Assembly: GCA_951406725.2 (NCBI GenBank)
Contig: OX597824.1
Span: 37,696,001 to 37,760,000 of the forward strand
Origin: Octopus vulgaris
Taxonomy: Eukaryota
DNA length: 64,000 nt
Reading direction: 5' to 3'
Shown: one piece after another, positions 51,100 to 63,380 of the stretch
How the letters are laid out: each line of letters opens with the position of its first letter
How positions within the stretch are numbered: the first letter of the stretch is position 1
Made by a program: the position numbers and the translations under genes
The notes under the pieces: generated by a model
Databases searched by the model: none
Told to the model about the DNA's origin: nothing
Seen by the model: only the letters and a program-made list of their open reading frames with translations

Positions 51100-51480
51100 T
51101 ACCCCTAGAAAATATGAAAATTGGCTAATATTTCCTTCAAACTTTGCTTTTCTTACATTTATTCAAACCCCAAATAATCCCTTTCAACACATGGCTATGA
51201 TGCCTCCCACATTACTCCTGCTCATGATCAGAGATGCACATATTTTCAGCCGCTAAAGGAGATGCTCAGATGGTTATGGTCAAGCAAATGACAAGTAAAT
51301 CTGTGATATTGAGCAGAACATTTGCTATAACAATATTTCTGCTTCAGCAACTCAAAGCTGAACCTGTCTGAAATGTAATGAGAAATAAGGTCAGTTTCAA
51401 AACATTGATGTCTAGAGGACAAAAGCAAAGTTTGAAGGGAACAGTAGTCATTTCCTTTCCAACACAGTGCAATCCAAAAC
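51100..51480. mobile_element. Probable MITE with subterminal inverted repeat
   Basis: CCTTCAAACTTTGCTTTT (51134-51151) against AAAAGCAAAGTTTGAAGG (51421-51438). Outer ends are uncertain. Confidence 0.55.
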
Positions 51481-51771
51481 AAAAATATGTTTCTTACTAG
51501 TTTTGTTAATCTACGGATATGAGTTACGCCGTCCCTAACGTCTTCAGCTGAGTATGGCTGATAAATTGGAATAAAAAACTATTATTAGAATAATATACGT
51601 TTGTGGTGTGTGTGTATTTTTGGCTGTGAGTGTAGATTATTCTAATCGAAGGAACAGAATACTACTATCTCATAAAGTATTCAATACAATTTGAAACGTA
51701 ATGTTTTTTTATTATTTCAATATGAGCCCCATACTTGAACAAGTATTTCAAGTTAGACAACTCACATCAGA

Positions 51772-51822
<51 letters not shown>

Positions 51823-52082
51823 GTAAATATATGGCACAACGAAGTACCGATATTTACTGGAAAATAGCGAACGTAATAATATTCTTTACAATTATTGCTT
51901 TAGCCGGAATCAAAATATAGGTCTCTTGAAATGTTCAACAAACCGTGACGCCTAAACCAAACAGCAATCAACTTAAGTAATTTAGTGAAGCCATACACTG
52001 ATTGATCAGAATACAGTTTGCGAAACTTAACATTCTAGAGCCTATACATATTACTGGAAAGCAATACTCTCGTATTGCATTA

Positions 52083-52119
<37 letters not shown>

Positions 52120-52379
52120 CAGTGGCGGACTGGTCATGTTTCCAGCTTGCCCGATGGTAAGTGAGCTCCTACGTTAGTATCTAGGGGGCCCATCCCTTCA
52201 AGTTTGAGAATTTTTTTATTTACTCCTGGAAGAATGCATTAATTATTTCAGCCTGGCTGTGTTTGTAGACAGTTGAAAAGAATACTTTTAACAAAAAAAA
52301 TTAAATGACAGTATTGTAGTTGCGGGTGGGCCCCCTTAGTCTCCTGGTAACAAAAGTTTTTAGACCCAGTCCACCACTG
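52120..52379. mobile_element. hAT-like MITE in (TA)n
   Basis: TIR CAGTGGCGGACTGG / CCAGTCCACCACTG with internal GGGCCC motifs. Confidence 0.8.
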
Positions 52380-52468
52380 TATATATACATATACATACAT
52401 ACATGCATCTATATGTATATATACTCATTAATTTATAATTAATAAATAATATTACATCTCAATTTTCT

Positions 52469-52523
<55 letters not shown>

Positions 52524-52661
52524 CTCGGGTGTGTATGATTGTGTATAGAAGAATATATTAATCAAAAGAAATCCAACTTGGATTTTCACGTTTTATTGAC
52601 AATCTTATAATTATATAATATAATATAATGAAATGATAGAATATTAAATGTTCATTCTGAC

Positions 52662-52706
52662 TGAACTAGTACTTTCATGCACTAAACTATACAATCTTCA
52701 GGTTCA
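52662..52706 (-). ncRNA. Minimal type-I hammerhead ribozyme motif (PLE-type)
   Basis: Minus strand TGAAC-CTGAAGA-TTGTAT(AGTTTA)GTGCAT-GAAA-GTAC-TA-GTTCA: 5-bp stem I and palindromic AGTACT stem III. Confidence 0.75.
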
Positions 52707-53042
52707 TATAATACTGGTGAGAGTTATGTTTTACAATTTACAACTGTATAGAGATGGCTAAAATATGTACCTTAAATACATTTGTATAGGCTCTAGAATG
52801 TTAAGTTTCGCAAACTGTATTCTGATCAATCAGTGTATGGCTTCACTAAATTACTTAAGTTGATTGCTGTTTGGTTTAGGCGTTACGGTTTGTTGAACAT
52901 GTCAAGAGACCTATATTTTGATTCCGGCTAAAGCAATAATTGTTTGGCTATTTTTAGAAATATTGTAAAGAACATTTCCTAGGGATTTTTACATTTCAAT
53001 TGTCATCATCGACATTATCATTACCTTTATTATTGCTGTCGT

Positions 53043-53127
53043 TGGTGATGGTGGTGGTGGTGGTGGTAGTGGTGGTGGTGGTGGTTGTGGTGGTGGTGGT
53101 GGTGGTGGTGGTGGTGGTGGTGGTGGT
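53043..53127. repeat. (GGT)n microsatellite
   Basis: Direct reading. Confidence 0.95.
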
Positions 53128-53267
53128 AGGGGTAGCTGTGGTAATAGAACTTTAAATCCTAAATGAAATTATTTTTGCTGACTTTTCTCTTAACTTAGCT
53201 GGTATTTTCCTGCTATCGTCATCATGAAAATCTTTAGTATTGCTGTTGCTGTTAGTGATAGTGGTAG

Positions 53268-53310
<43 letters not shown>

Positions 53311-53339
53311 ATACATACATACATACATAATACATATAT

Positions 53340-53371
<32 letters not shown>

Positions 53372-53375
53372 TTGA

Positions 53376-53415
<40 letters not shown>

Positions 53416-53434
53416 ATGTATATATATGTATATT

Positions 53435-54560
53435 TAAGAGAAAAACCTCTATTAAGAAATTCAATTGCTGGTGAAAGATATTATCTATAAGAATAAAACA
53501 TTGATTAATTCTACTGGCCTTAGCAAATATATGTGGGAATTGAAATCTAAAGGAATTGAGTATAATTTAAATTGGGAGATAGTTTGTAAAGCTAAATCTT
53601 ATCGAACAGGTAGTAATTTTTGTTTAATATGTATAAATGAATTTATGGAGATATTACCATCTAATAATAAAAAATTGCTTAATTTCCAAGATGAGAAAAA
53701 AATTAAATGTAGACATAGGTTAAATTACTTATATAATAAGTTTAGCTAATTTGTGTATATATATAAACCCTGATTTATGTTACTAATTTATGTAGTTATA
53801 ATTTGTAGTAGGATAATGAGTATAAATTAGCCGTAGATTATGTAGTAAATGGTATATTACATCAAGTTTATTTGTTCTTTTCACCGCTAAAATACATATT
53901 TCTATTTATTTATTCTATATTTATTATTTACGTCATATTTTAACGTGATAGATTTCTTAGCAATGCTAGATTCTGAGTTTAATGTTTAAAATTTCAGTTA
54001 ACTGGTATTCATCAATAAGATAAGTTATGATTTTACTTTTCATTAATATTGCTACATTTTATTCGATTATCTATTGTTACGATACATATATTTCTATATT
54101 TATTGTTTAATTATCATACCTTCATTTATTTTATTTTAAGTTAATGCTAGTTTCTTAGTTTAACGTTTAAAATTTCAGTTAACTGCTATTCATGAATAAG
54201 ATAAGTTTTGATCTTAATTTTAATTAATATTGTTAAATTTTATTAGATTATTTATTGTTAAGATACATATAGTTCTATATTTATTGTTTAATTATTATAT
54301 CTTCATTTATTTAATATTATTTTAGACCTGAAGAGTGGCTATATTTTTAAATCGAATTGATTTTAAATCGAATTAATATTAACTTTTAATATTATCGATA
54401 TTAATATTATCGATTTAAATATATAGTTACGAAAGCGCGTAGTCAATTTAATGTTTATTTAATTTAGTGATTTTTAGAATTATATTTATTATGATATATT
54501 TAAATTCTTTCTATATGATTTAATATAGATAATATCTTTCACCCGCGAACCAAAATAAAA
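53435..54560 (+). mobile_element. Penelope-like element 3' end (GIY-YIG C-terminus plus AT-rich terminal repeat with hammerhead)
   Basis: ORF 53465-53749 STGLSKYMWELK..NWEIVCKAKSY..FCLICINE..LLN..KCRHR. There is a 181-bp-period tandem duplication (53962/54143) and a hammerhead at 54325. Confidence 0.88.
54325..54444 (+). ncRNA. Type-I hammerhead ribozyme motif with extended stem II
   Basis: GAC-CTGAAGA-[GTGGCTATATTTTTAAATCGA ... TCGATTTAAATATATAGTTAC]-GAAA-GCGCG-TA-GTC. Confidence 0.72.
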
Positions 54561-54853
54561 TTTGGGATTTTGGTCAAAGTTGGTAACAAAAACAGGTTCG
54601 CGGGAGCAACTGCCTTCAAATCTTATATTACCGTTCAGTGCTTGAAATAAGGAGTAGAAGGAGAGCCAACAACTGATGAAGAGTCATTTTTTTTATGTTA
54701 TTTGTCTTGTTGTCCATTTGTTTCTCTCGTTGTTCGTGTACCCAACTTTATTTTCGTATTTCATATTGTTTACGTTTGTGACGTCCTATACCCATATATG
54801 CATATCTATATACATATGTATGTATGTATGTACATTTATGTATGTATAATGTG

Positions 54854-54942
<89 letters not shown>

Positions 54943-56255
54943 GTACATACCTGCACGCCCAGAAATAAAAATGGATTAAAAATCCGGGCGGAGTGAAAGT
55001 CCTTGCAATTTACGTAGTCTCTAAAATTACAGTCCGCTGTCTTTGCAATCTGTAAATCTAAAGTTGATACCCCCAAGAATTCGGTGAGAAGTCAAGAGTG
55101 TGTGTGTGTGTGTGTGTCCATCAGTTTCGACGATAAGTTGTTCGACCAATACAAAACATCAGTTCATTGATGTAGCGAGTAGCTGAGTATTAGCTGAGTA
55201 TTGTACTCTTGAAATAATACTCAAGTGAAATCAACGCAGCACAGTCTGCGATAAGGCTGCATCTATGAACTAAATGGACAATCAATCTGAACAGAATCTA
55301 TACACTTCCATTTATTGAATTTCACCTACAGAATTTGTGAGTTCACAGATTTTGCTCTAGATATCACGCAATAGGATCGAATCAGGAAACTTCTTTTTTA
55401 TCGAGCCATACTGTGAATGCTTAAGAGTGTGTGCGTGTGCGAGTTTATCTAAAAATGTCCACACGTTACGATGGAATATGAAATATACTGCGAGTAACCC
55501 TGCTTGGAAAGTAGATCTAAATAGAAACATATGTACATCTAAATATTCCTTACTTTAGTTTGGTTGTGAGAATAGAATGTTGTGAAATATAAGTAGTTTC
55601 TCAGAATTGCAAAACTATTTTTGTTATAATAAGACAGCTATTGTATATCGTCAATTTCTGTCAGGACTACATTAATATTAAAAGCATTTGTGTTTCTTTA
55701 ATGTAACAGAACGTAATATCCATATTGTTAATAAGAACGCATCGGTATTGTCTTGCTTAGGTGTGTTATGTTTTCTTAAAAATGGGAAAAAATTCGACAA
55801 TTACCGAAAAAATCTAATTTTGTATAAATGCATCTACAAGCAGTAAAATTGCATTTGACAAATTGCTGAATCAACCAGATTATTGAAACTAGATTTAATG
55901 TATTTATTTGGAGGTGGATTCGCAGCTTGGAGGACATAACAAAGTTATAGTCATTAGAAATGCTACTTATGATTCAATTCAAAAATTAAGGAGAAAATAA
56001 ATTGATCATTTTACATAAAAATACTACCGAACTCCAAACAATTCATTTGGACTGTCTTTAGCCTGATACTTCAGTCAAACGCTGTGAGAAATATTCGGAG
56101 AGAAATTACGTTAAAAATTATATTTCTCTTCGATTCTTTTTGACAAATATCTTCCAAAATATATGCACAATACTTTAATGAAGTATATCATGTCCTATGC
56201 TTTCTGTTACCCAATAAAACAGATTTCACGCAACGTGTCGGTAATTTTCCTTGAC

Positions 56256-56594
56256 TTAAACAAGGAAAGCTCCCGTGACTTTCTTCTCAAGCAGCTCGCT
56301 GATAGATTGTAAAAGGCTGGTGTCTGCCTTGTGAATATAATGTTGCCATACTTTGTTTCTTTCAGCAAAGTATTCCACGTCGAGAGTTTGTTTGTTCCAC
56401 ACACAACCAACGATCATACATTGGTAAAGTTTGCTAATCATTCCTTTAGCAAGTACATGCAGGTTTACTGTTGTGGTTCGCCGTCTGTTATGTGGTAATC
56501 TTGTTGAAATGTCCTTACTTTGTTCATTTTCTGCTATGTTAAATATTTCTCTTTTCTTTTTGGCTGCAATTCTGATTCGTATCCCAAGTAGCAA
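56256..56594 (-). mobile_element. Possible heavily deleted RTE-like LINE relic
   Basis: GIRIRIAAKK..SKDISTR, KLYQCMIV and FAERNKVWQHYIHK weakly resemble RTE RT C-terminal segments. Confidence 0.4.
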
Positions 56595-56646
56595 GATACT
56601 ATTCCTTATTTAGTTAGACTATTTCCACTTTGTTACAAGCCTCGCG

Positions 56647-57028
56647 TGGAGGCGCAATGGCCCAGTGGTTAGGGCAGCGGACTCGCGGTTATAGAATTGC
56701 GGTTTCGATTCCCAGACCGGGCGTTGTGAGTGTTTATTGAGCGAAAACACCTAAAGCTCCACGAGGCTCCGGCAGGGGATGGTGGTGATCCCTGCTGTAC
56801 TCTTTCACCACAACTTTCTCTCACTCTTTCTGTTGTACCTGTATTTCAAAGGACCGGCCTTGTCACTCTCTGTGTCACGCTGAATATCCCCGAGAACTAC
56901 GTTAAGGGTACGCGTGTCTGTGGAGTGCTCAGCCACTTACACGTTAATTTCACGAGCAGGCTGTTCCGTTGATTCGGATCAACCGGAACCCTCGTCGTCG
57001 TAACCGACGGAGTGCTTCCATTCCATCC
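56647..57028 (+). mobile_element. tRNA-derived SINE family C, tail type 2, full length
   Basis: Head GGAGGCGCAATGGCCCAGTGGTTAGGGCAGCGG and a (TTCCA)n end. TSD ACAAGCCTCGC at 56635-56645 and 57029-57039. Confidence 0.92.
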
Positions 57029-57567
57029 ACAAGCCTCGCTGGTTCACTTCTTTATTATATTAAACTTTGTGCTGCTGGCCAAGGTTCTAAATGGTTCAAT
57101 GTTCTCTTTGCCTTGTTTGTCCCTGTTGTTGTTGCTGCTTTTGTTGTCGTATTTGTAACAGTTTGAGTTGTAGTGATGGTGGTATTGTAGCTTCTTCTTA
57201 TGTGTTTTTGCTGTTGCTGGCATTGTTACTTATTTTTATCCATTATCTGTTAAATGTAGTAGATAGAGGGGAGAAACTATTTTGATTATAGATCTTGGTA
57301 GAGCTTTCTACCCCGCCGATTGGAATGGCCAAGTTTTATATATATATATGTTCGAATTTTCCGCAAAGAGATGAACATTTCACGAAGCTATCTAATCTCA
57401 GATGTTAGTTGGTACCAGAAAATGGTACGACGAAAACCAAAATCACTTTATTAAAAAAAAACAATATTTGATAAAAACTTATTGGTTCCAAATTGACGTC
57501 TTTCTCTTGCAAACACAACAACAACAACAGCAACAACAATAACAACAACAACAATAATAATTATAAT

Positions 57568-57960
57568 AGGCGCTGGAGTGGCTGTGTGGAAAGTAACTTG
57601 CTTACCAGCCACATGGTTCCGGGTTCAGTCCCACTGCGTGGCACCTTGGGCAAGTGTCTTCTACTATAGCCTCGGGCCGACCAAAGCCTTGTGAGTGGAT
57701 TTGGTAGACGGAAACTGAAAGAAGACCGTCGTATATATGTATATATATGTATGTGTGTATATATGTTTGTCTGTCTGCGTTTGTCCCTTCAATATCGCTT
57801 GACAACCGATGCTGGTGTGTTTACGTAACTTGGTTCGGCAAAAAAACCCCGATACAATAAGTACTACGCTTCCAAAGAATAAGTCCTGGGGTCGATTTGC
57901 TCGACTAAAGGTGGTGCTCCGGCATGGCCGTAGTCAAATGACTGAAACAAGTAAAAGAGG
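57568..57960 (+). mobile_element. tRNA-derived SINE family B (CORE-like), full length
   Basis: GGCGCTGGAGTGGCTGTGTGG A-box, GGTTCAGTCCC B-box, CCTTGGGCAAGTGTCTT core, internal (TA/TG) tract and AAGTAAAAGAG end. Confidence 0.92.
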
Positions 57961-58300
57961 AAAGAGAGTAATACAATCGATCTCAGTTTGAAAATCATTT
58001 TAAATTATGCCTTAACCTCTTTAATGTAGATGATTTATGTCGATATAAATCACACTTTAATATCTGACTTTGGACTGTTGGCTTGCTTTTCACTTCTTTT
58101 ACTTAATTGTGTTTTATTCTATTTTAGTTTTTTCGTGTAGGGATACACAGTTTACCTTTGTTAGAAGTCCGTTTCTATGAAGTACTGCCATGAAAAACTT
58201 TTTCTTTTTTTGACAAAAGTCAATGTAGTTTAAAACGCTACAATAATCAAGAAGTACTGAAATAGGTTCTCGACACTTAACGTCACTGTTTACAGCGAAG

Positions 58301-58331
58301 TTATCCTCATGTGATTATCACATGAGGATAA
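58301..58331. repeat. Perfect 31-bp palindrome (15-bp arms, 1-nt spacer)
   Basis: TTATCCTCATGTGAT-T-ATCACATGAGGATAA. Confidence 0.9.
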
Positions 58332-58660
58332 TGATGACCAAGGTGAGGAATGGAAGAACGGTAGTGTTAGTGGCGATGATATTGAAAACGTTTTGGAAGA
58401 ATTTCCTTTTTTAAACAACACTGATTTCCATGTAATTCTTTTCTTGTTTTGTATTTTGTCCTTGACGAAGGTCCACAGTCCGAAACATTGAATTAGCCTC
58501 TGTTCCTTCCTTATAGTGTATATAATAAAGTTTGTACTCTTGTTCGATGCTTTGTCATATTTGTATTTTTAGTCTCTTTGGCTTTCTTGCCACTTTATGT
58601 TAATAAAAGAAAACATCAAAGAGCTCTCTGAACTTTATAGAATTACAAATATAGAATTTA

Positions 58661-59078
58661 GGGCGGAGAGCTGGCAGAAACGTTAGCATGCCGGGCGAAA
58701 TGCTTAGCGGTATTTCGTATGCCGCTACGTTCTGAGTTCAAATTCTGCCGAGGTCGACTTTGCTTTTCATCCTTTCGGGGTCGATTAAATAAGTATTAGT
58801 TACGCACTGGAGTCGATATAATCGACTTAATCCGTTTGTCTGTCCTTGTTTGTCCTCTCTGTGTTTAGCCCCTTGTGGGTAGTAAAGAAATAGGTATTTC
58901 GTCTGCGGCTACGTTCTGAGTTCAAATTCCGCCGATGTTGACTTTGCCTTTCATCCTTTCGGGGTCGATTAAATAAGTATCAGTTACGCACTGGGGTCGA
59001 TGTAATCGACTTAATCCGTTTGTCTGTCCTTGTTTGTCATCTCTGTGTGTAGCCCCTTGTGGACAGTAAAGAAATAAG
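58661..59078 (+). mobile_element. SINE family A, dimeric
   Basis: Head followed by two near-identical GTATTTCGT..AAAGAAATA units. Confidence 0.93.
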
Positions 59079-60310
59079 AATTACTAACATATAAAAAATT
59101 TCCACCCTTGACAAGCCCAAGAAGGTCGAAATCACGTAATATAGTGTCTCTTTTCTAGCGATATAAACAAGAATGCATTTTGCATCAAAAGCTAATATGA
59201 GAGTATCACTCATGGTAATTACCGCAGCACAGTTTGTTCTAGCAGAATATTCACGTTCAAGTGGGAATAAATAAAAATAATTGTTGTAGAATCTTTTGTA
59301 AATGAGGCTGAGTGAAAAATATCTTCGTTATTTTATTTTAACAAAGATGGAGAATTCATAGCCAAAAAGGGCTGCAATGGAACTCAGGAATAAAATACTT
59401 GGGAGGTTAAGAAATTGTCCTGAAATTCTGGTCGTGAATCTCCTCTCTGAAAAGCATGTATAACTGGCAGGCCCTTCCAGTCATTATTTTCACTGATCCT
59501 TCCCCAGGGAATGTAAGCGTGCGAAGTTCAGGTGATCCCGAACTCCCAAGTTTGTAGAGGAGAAAGTTTAACTGTGTGTGTGTGTGTGCGTGTTTGTTTG
59601 GTGGTAGTAGTGGTGGTGGTGGTGGTTGTGGTGGTGGTGTGTGTGTGTGTGTGTGTGTGTGTGATAAAAACAAAAATTGAACTGTTGTTTTGCGGCGAGA
59701 AAATGAGCAAGATGTCCAACGAAAAGCCTTCTTCAGAAACTTTAATATCTTAATTTTAGCTTTTACGCAATCGATTCTTGTCGCTGCAAAGCACTGATAT
59801 CGAATCGAAGTCATTATATTTCATATATATGTATTATGAAACCAACTTAACCAGTAAATTCTTGAAGGAAATAGTGATACAGTAATGGAAGAAAAATCAA
59901 CTTTACACTGTCGATTTACGGATGGTTACGTTGAGGTCAATAAGCGCCAAACAAAAAATACAGATGAGAACTGTATCTTCGGCGAACTTAAAGTTAAAAT
60001 GAAAGAAAAAGATCCATTCTTAATCTTAACGATCTCCAATAAGTTACAAATAGGAATAAAACATAAAAGCCCAATAAAATAAATATAATTAAAAATGCAA
60101 CACGTTACATAACTTCTTTAAATAAATCAATAAAATCTGCTACAATCTTCGTTACAAAGAACAGCTTTAGTATGAAAAGAAACTTCGTTACTGGATATAA
60201 AACTCTGCCATAGAATATAAAAATTGAAGTTTTCTATAAAGGACGGATTTGACAGACAGGGTAGCATAAAGAGAATGTATGACTTCAGACAACCAGGCAA
60301 GGACAAAAAG

Positions 60311-60312
<2 letters not shown>

Positions 60313-60390
<78 letters not shown>
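60313..60390. repeat. (TA)n microsatellite (one of many in the window)
   Basis: Direct reading. Confidence 0.95.
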
Positions 60391-60395
<5 letters not shown>

Positions 60396-61721
60396 GTACA
60401 CATATATATGTAAGCTTAGATTCAGAATAGAATATTTCAAATGAAAATATTACTAGAAAAGAAGAGATATGTCAATCAATCTCCCGCTTTCTTTAACCGT
60501 CCAGATTGTTATTAAAGATTTGGGAAATCACTATGGTGTAATTTTAATGCTGAGTGGTTTTGGAGAGAAAGAAATGGAGAAGCGAAACCCTTAAGAGATA
60601 TCGATTGATTTCTAAGTACAAGTGCAAATACACTCTTTATCCAAATCTCATAAATGTATGTCTTCAGGGCAGAGACAAATTGCGAATCTCAAACTTATTA
60701 CATATTTTATTTTACTTTAGATCACAATTTTTGAATAATGTCTGTGGTTACAAAGTCTCAATGTGACTATTACCGGCTTACTATATTTTTTACATATTTC
60801 CAATGAGTTAATTACTGGGTTGCTTCATTCTGGGCGATGAGAGTTATAGGTGAGGACCATCAGTTTGTAGCTAATATACACCGGTGGAAGCTGTAACAAT
60901 ACTGATATTTATAAATAGAAAACTACCCTCGTATTTGCACATCTTTCGATATCTTATTAATACTGTTACTATTTATGGCATCTAAAACATTTTATCAAGG
61001 CTCAAGTAACCAATGCTCAACAATATTAATAAACCGATGTTGTTTTTTAATTATATTTGAATTGGACTTGTCGATACTATAAATACGCGTTTATTGGCCT
61101 CTAGAAATGAAATTACATTTCATTTTGTCTTGACGACAAAACAGCCGCAAAAGTCTCGGTAAAAAAAATCTTTGATTTCTCAGAAAATAAATGTATTTGG
61201 TTGTTTCTTTCCTTTTTCGTGAACTGAGGAATAATTCGTGGTTCCTAGTTTATATGGAAGATGTTGTCTTTCAGATACAAGAAGTATTCGAAAACAAGCT
61301 ACAAATCTCAACTGTTGAAATTAACAAAATGTCGACCTTATGATATAAAAAGTAAAAGTAATCTCCCTAAAGAAAAAAAGGATGCTGAAAAAAAAAAAAA
61401 AAAATTAATCCGCAAAAAGAAGACAACAAAGATGGGAGAGAAAGACTGCACACATTATATATCAGTGCCGGCGTATGTTAACATTGTTTGGAGAATTCAT
61501 AAGTTTGTTCAGCCATCTACCAAATTCTTAACAGTTGACTTCTGTTAGAGAACAGAACTGAAATATAAAAACATATCTGGACACAGAAGTATTTAGTTAC
61601 AACTAGTTTGTATAAGTAAATAGTAATTAAAAATAGTGAATAGTTATCTATTTAGTACTTCATGATGAAAGGTGTTATATAAAAGCAATGTTGTCTAACT
61701 GTTGTTGGGTTGCAGCAACAG

Positions 61722-61983
61722 CAGTGGTTCCCAACCATTTTTAACTATGGACCCTTTTGATTCTTATTTTACCCTACTGTACCTTCATAGTCATCTGATG
61801 TTTATAAAAATGATCCTACAGTATTTTTATAATTAAATATTATTAGGAATTGTACAAAGAAAAAATTAAAATATTTTTTGTGCATTGTAGAAATATAAAC
61901 AAATTATTGCACATAAAATTTAACATCAAAATCTTATATGGACCACCTCAAGGGTCAAATGGACCCCCAGTTGAGAACCAGTG
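61722..61983. mobile_element. hAT-Charlie-like MITE
   Basis: TIR CAGTGGTTCCCAAC / GTTGAGAACCAGTG with internal ATGGACC motifs. No clear TSD. Confidence 0.75.
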
Positions 61984-62142
61984 GGCTAGAATCTCTCTTT
62001 TGTTGATACAATTTAGTTTTCAGTTTTGTATGGTAATAAATACGATGGAAACGTCAACACAAAGAATTTCTTGATGAGGTTTTCTTGTATTCATTTAATA
62101 AATCAATAAATTTCAAATACTTTTCAAAGAAGTAAGTAGTAT

Positions 62143-62430
62143 TTTACTTGTTTCAGTCATTTGACTGCGGCCATGCTGGAGCACCGCCTTTAGTCGAGCT
62201 AATAGACCTCAGGACTTCTTTGTAAGCCTAGTACTTATTCTATTTGTGTCTTTTGCTGAACCGCTTTGCGGCATTTCATCCGTTTTTACGTCCTGTGTTC
62301 GAATGCCACCGGAATCGACTTTACCTTTCATCCTTTCGGGGACGATAATAGGAGTACCAGTAGAGCACTGGGGTCGATGCAATCGATTTACTCTCTTCCC
62401 TGGAACTGTGTCAATTTTTGAAACCGATAT
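62143..62430. mobile_element. SINE family B 3' end (-) abutting a SINE family A body (+)
   Basis: TTTCAGTCATTTGACTGCGGCCATGCTGGAGCACC.. followed by GCGGCATTTC..CCTTTCATCCTTTCGGG. Confidence 0.8.
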
Positions 62431-63159
62431 TTCATTGCTAGTTTGTTAACAAGGTTGTTTGACTATCCAGTTTAGATCTACCAACTCCGCTAAAATTTAT
62501 CCACAAAAACATTGTTGGCCACTTCACAGACGTACAAGCTATGATAGAAAGTGTTTAGTTACAAAAAATTATTTTTAAAATTTGTCGGTCAAAAGGTAAA
62601 AATCCCTAAACTTCAATATATTGCTAATGTGGAACTTGTGCCCATCGCATTACCAGAAAATGGTGAGCACCTGATGCCATTCCAGATGCCAAGTGTCCAA
62701 TCAGGTCTTTTGATGACCCAAGACTGCGGCTCTGTTAAAAAGACGAGTTACAGAAAAGAGTACCTTACAAGTAGCAGAATGAGGAACGGAATGAAGATTC
62801 TAAATAATGTGCTGGAAAATTTTTCAATAGAGACAAGTCCGTAGACCTACAAGCTATGATAGAAAATGTCAGCAATAAGAAGCATATCAGAAGAACAGGC
62901 CTTCTAATTAAAAACTGATCCCAAGTATCGATCATACAGCTACATTTGTTTCTGCAATCATTGAAAAAATTGGCTATTTTACTACATTTTAAGCAGCAAT
63001 TTTGAAAATATAAGTTCTGCGTAAGGAAAAGCTTTCGGAAGATTCAGTTCAATTACGAGAAAATCAAAATTGTGAAACTCAAAATCTCATTACATTGCAA
63101 AATGGAAAACAGTTTTAAAAATCCCAAATAGCAAAAAGTATAATATTAATAAAACACTC

Positions 63160-63380
63160 AGGGCAACGTACTGGCAGAATTGTTAGTACGCCAGGGCAAA
63201 ATACTTAGCGGTATGTCGTTTGTCTTTACGTTCTGAGTTCAAATTCCATCGAGATTGACTTTGCCTTTCATCCTTTCGGGATTGATAAAATAAATAACAT
63301 TTGAACGCTGGGGTTGAATTAATCGGCTTTGTCTCCTACCACGAACTTGTTGTCCTTGTGCCAAAAATTTGGAACCAATA
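63160..63380 (+). mobile_element. SINE family A, diverged
   Basis: CTGGCAGAAT..TACGTTCTGAGTTCAAATTCC..TTTGCCTTTCATCCTTTCGG. Confidence 0.85.

Larger units (their letters stand above)
51888..52943. repeat. 161-bp near-perfect inverted repeat (PLE-derived arms)
   Basis: 51888-52048 is the reverse complement of 52783-52943 with two mismatches. Arms encode TIIA(F)SRNQNIG, like the PLE linker PIIAxRRNKNL. Confidence 0.85.

Noticed and set aside
54672-54690. CTGATGAAGAG hammerhead half-site
   Set aside because: No downstream GAAA or stem II partner.
59407-59570. Possible exon on the minus strand beside (GT)/(GGT) repeats
   Set aside because: No clear splice sites or homology. The ORF length comes from microsatellite.
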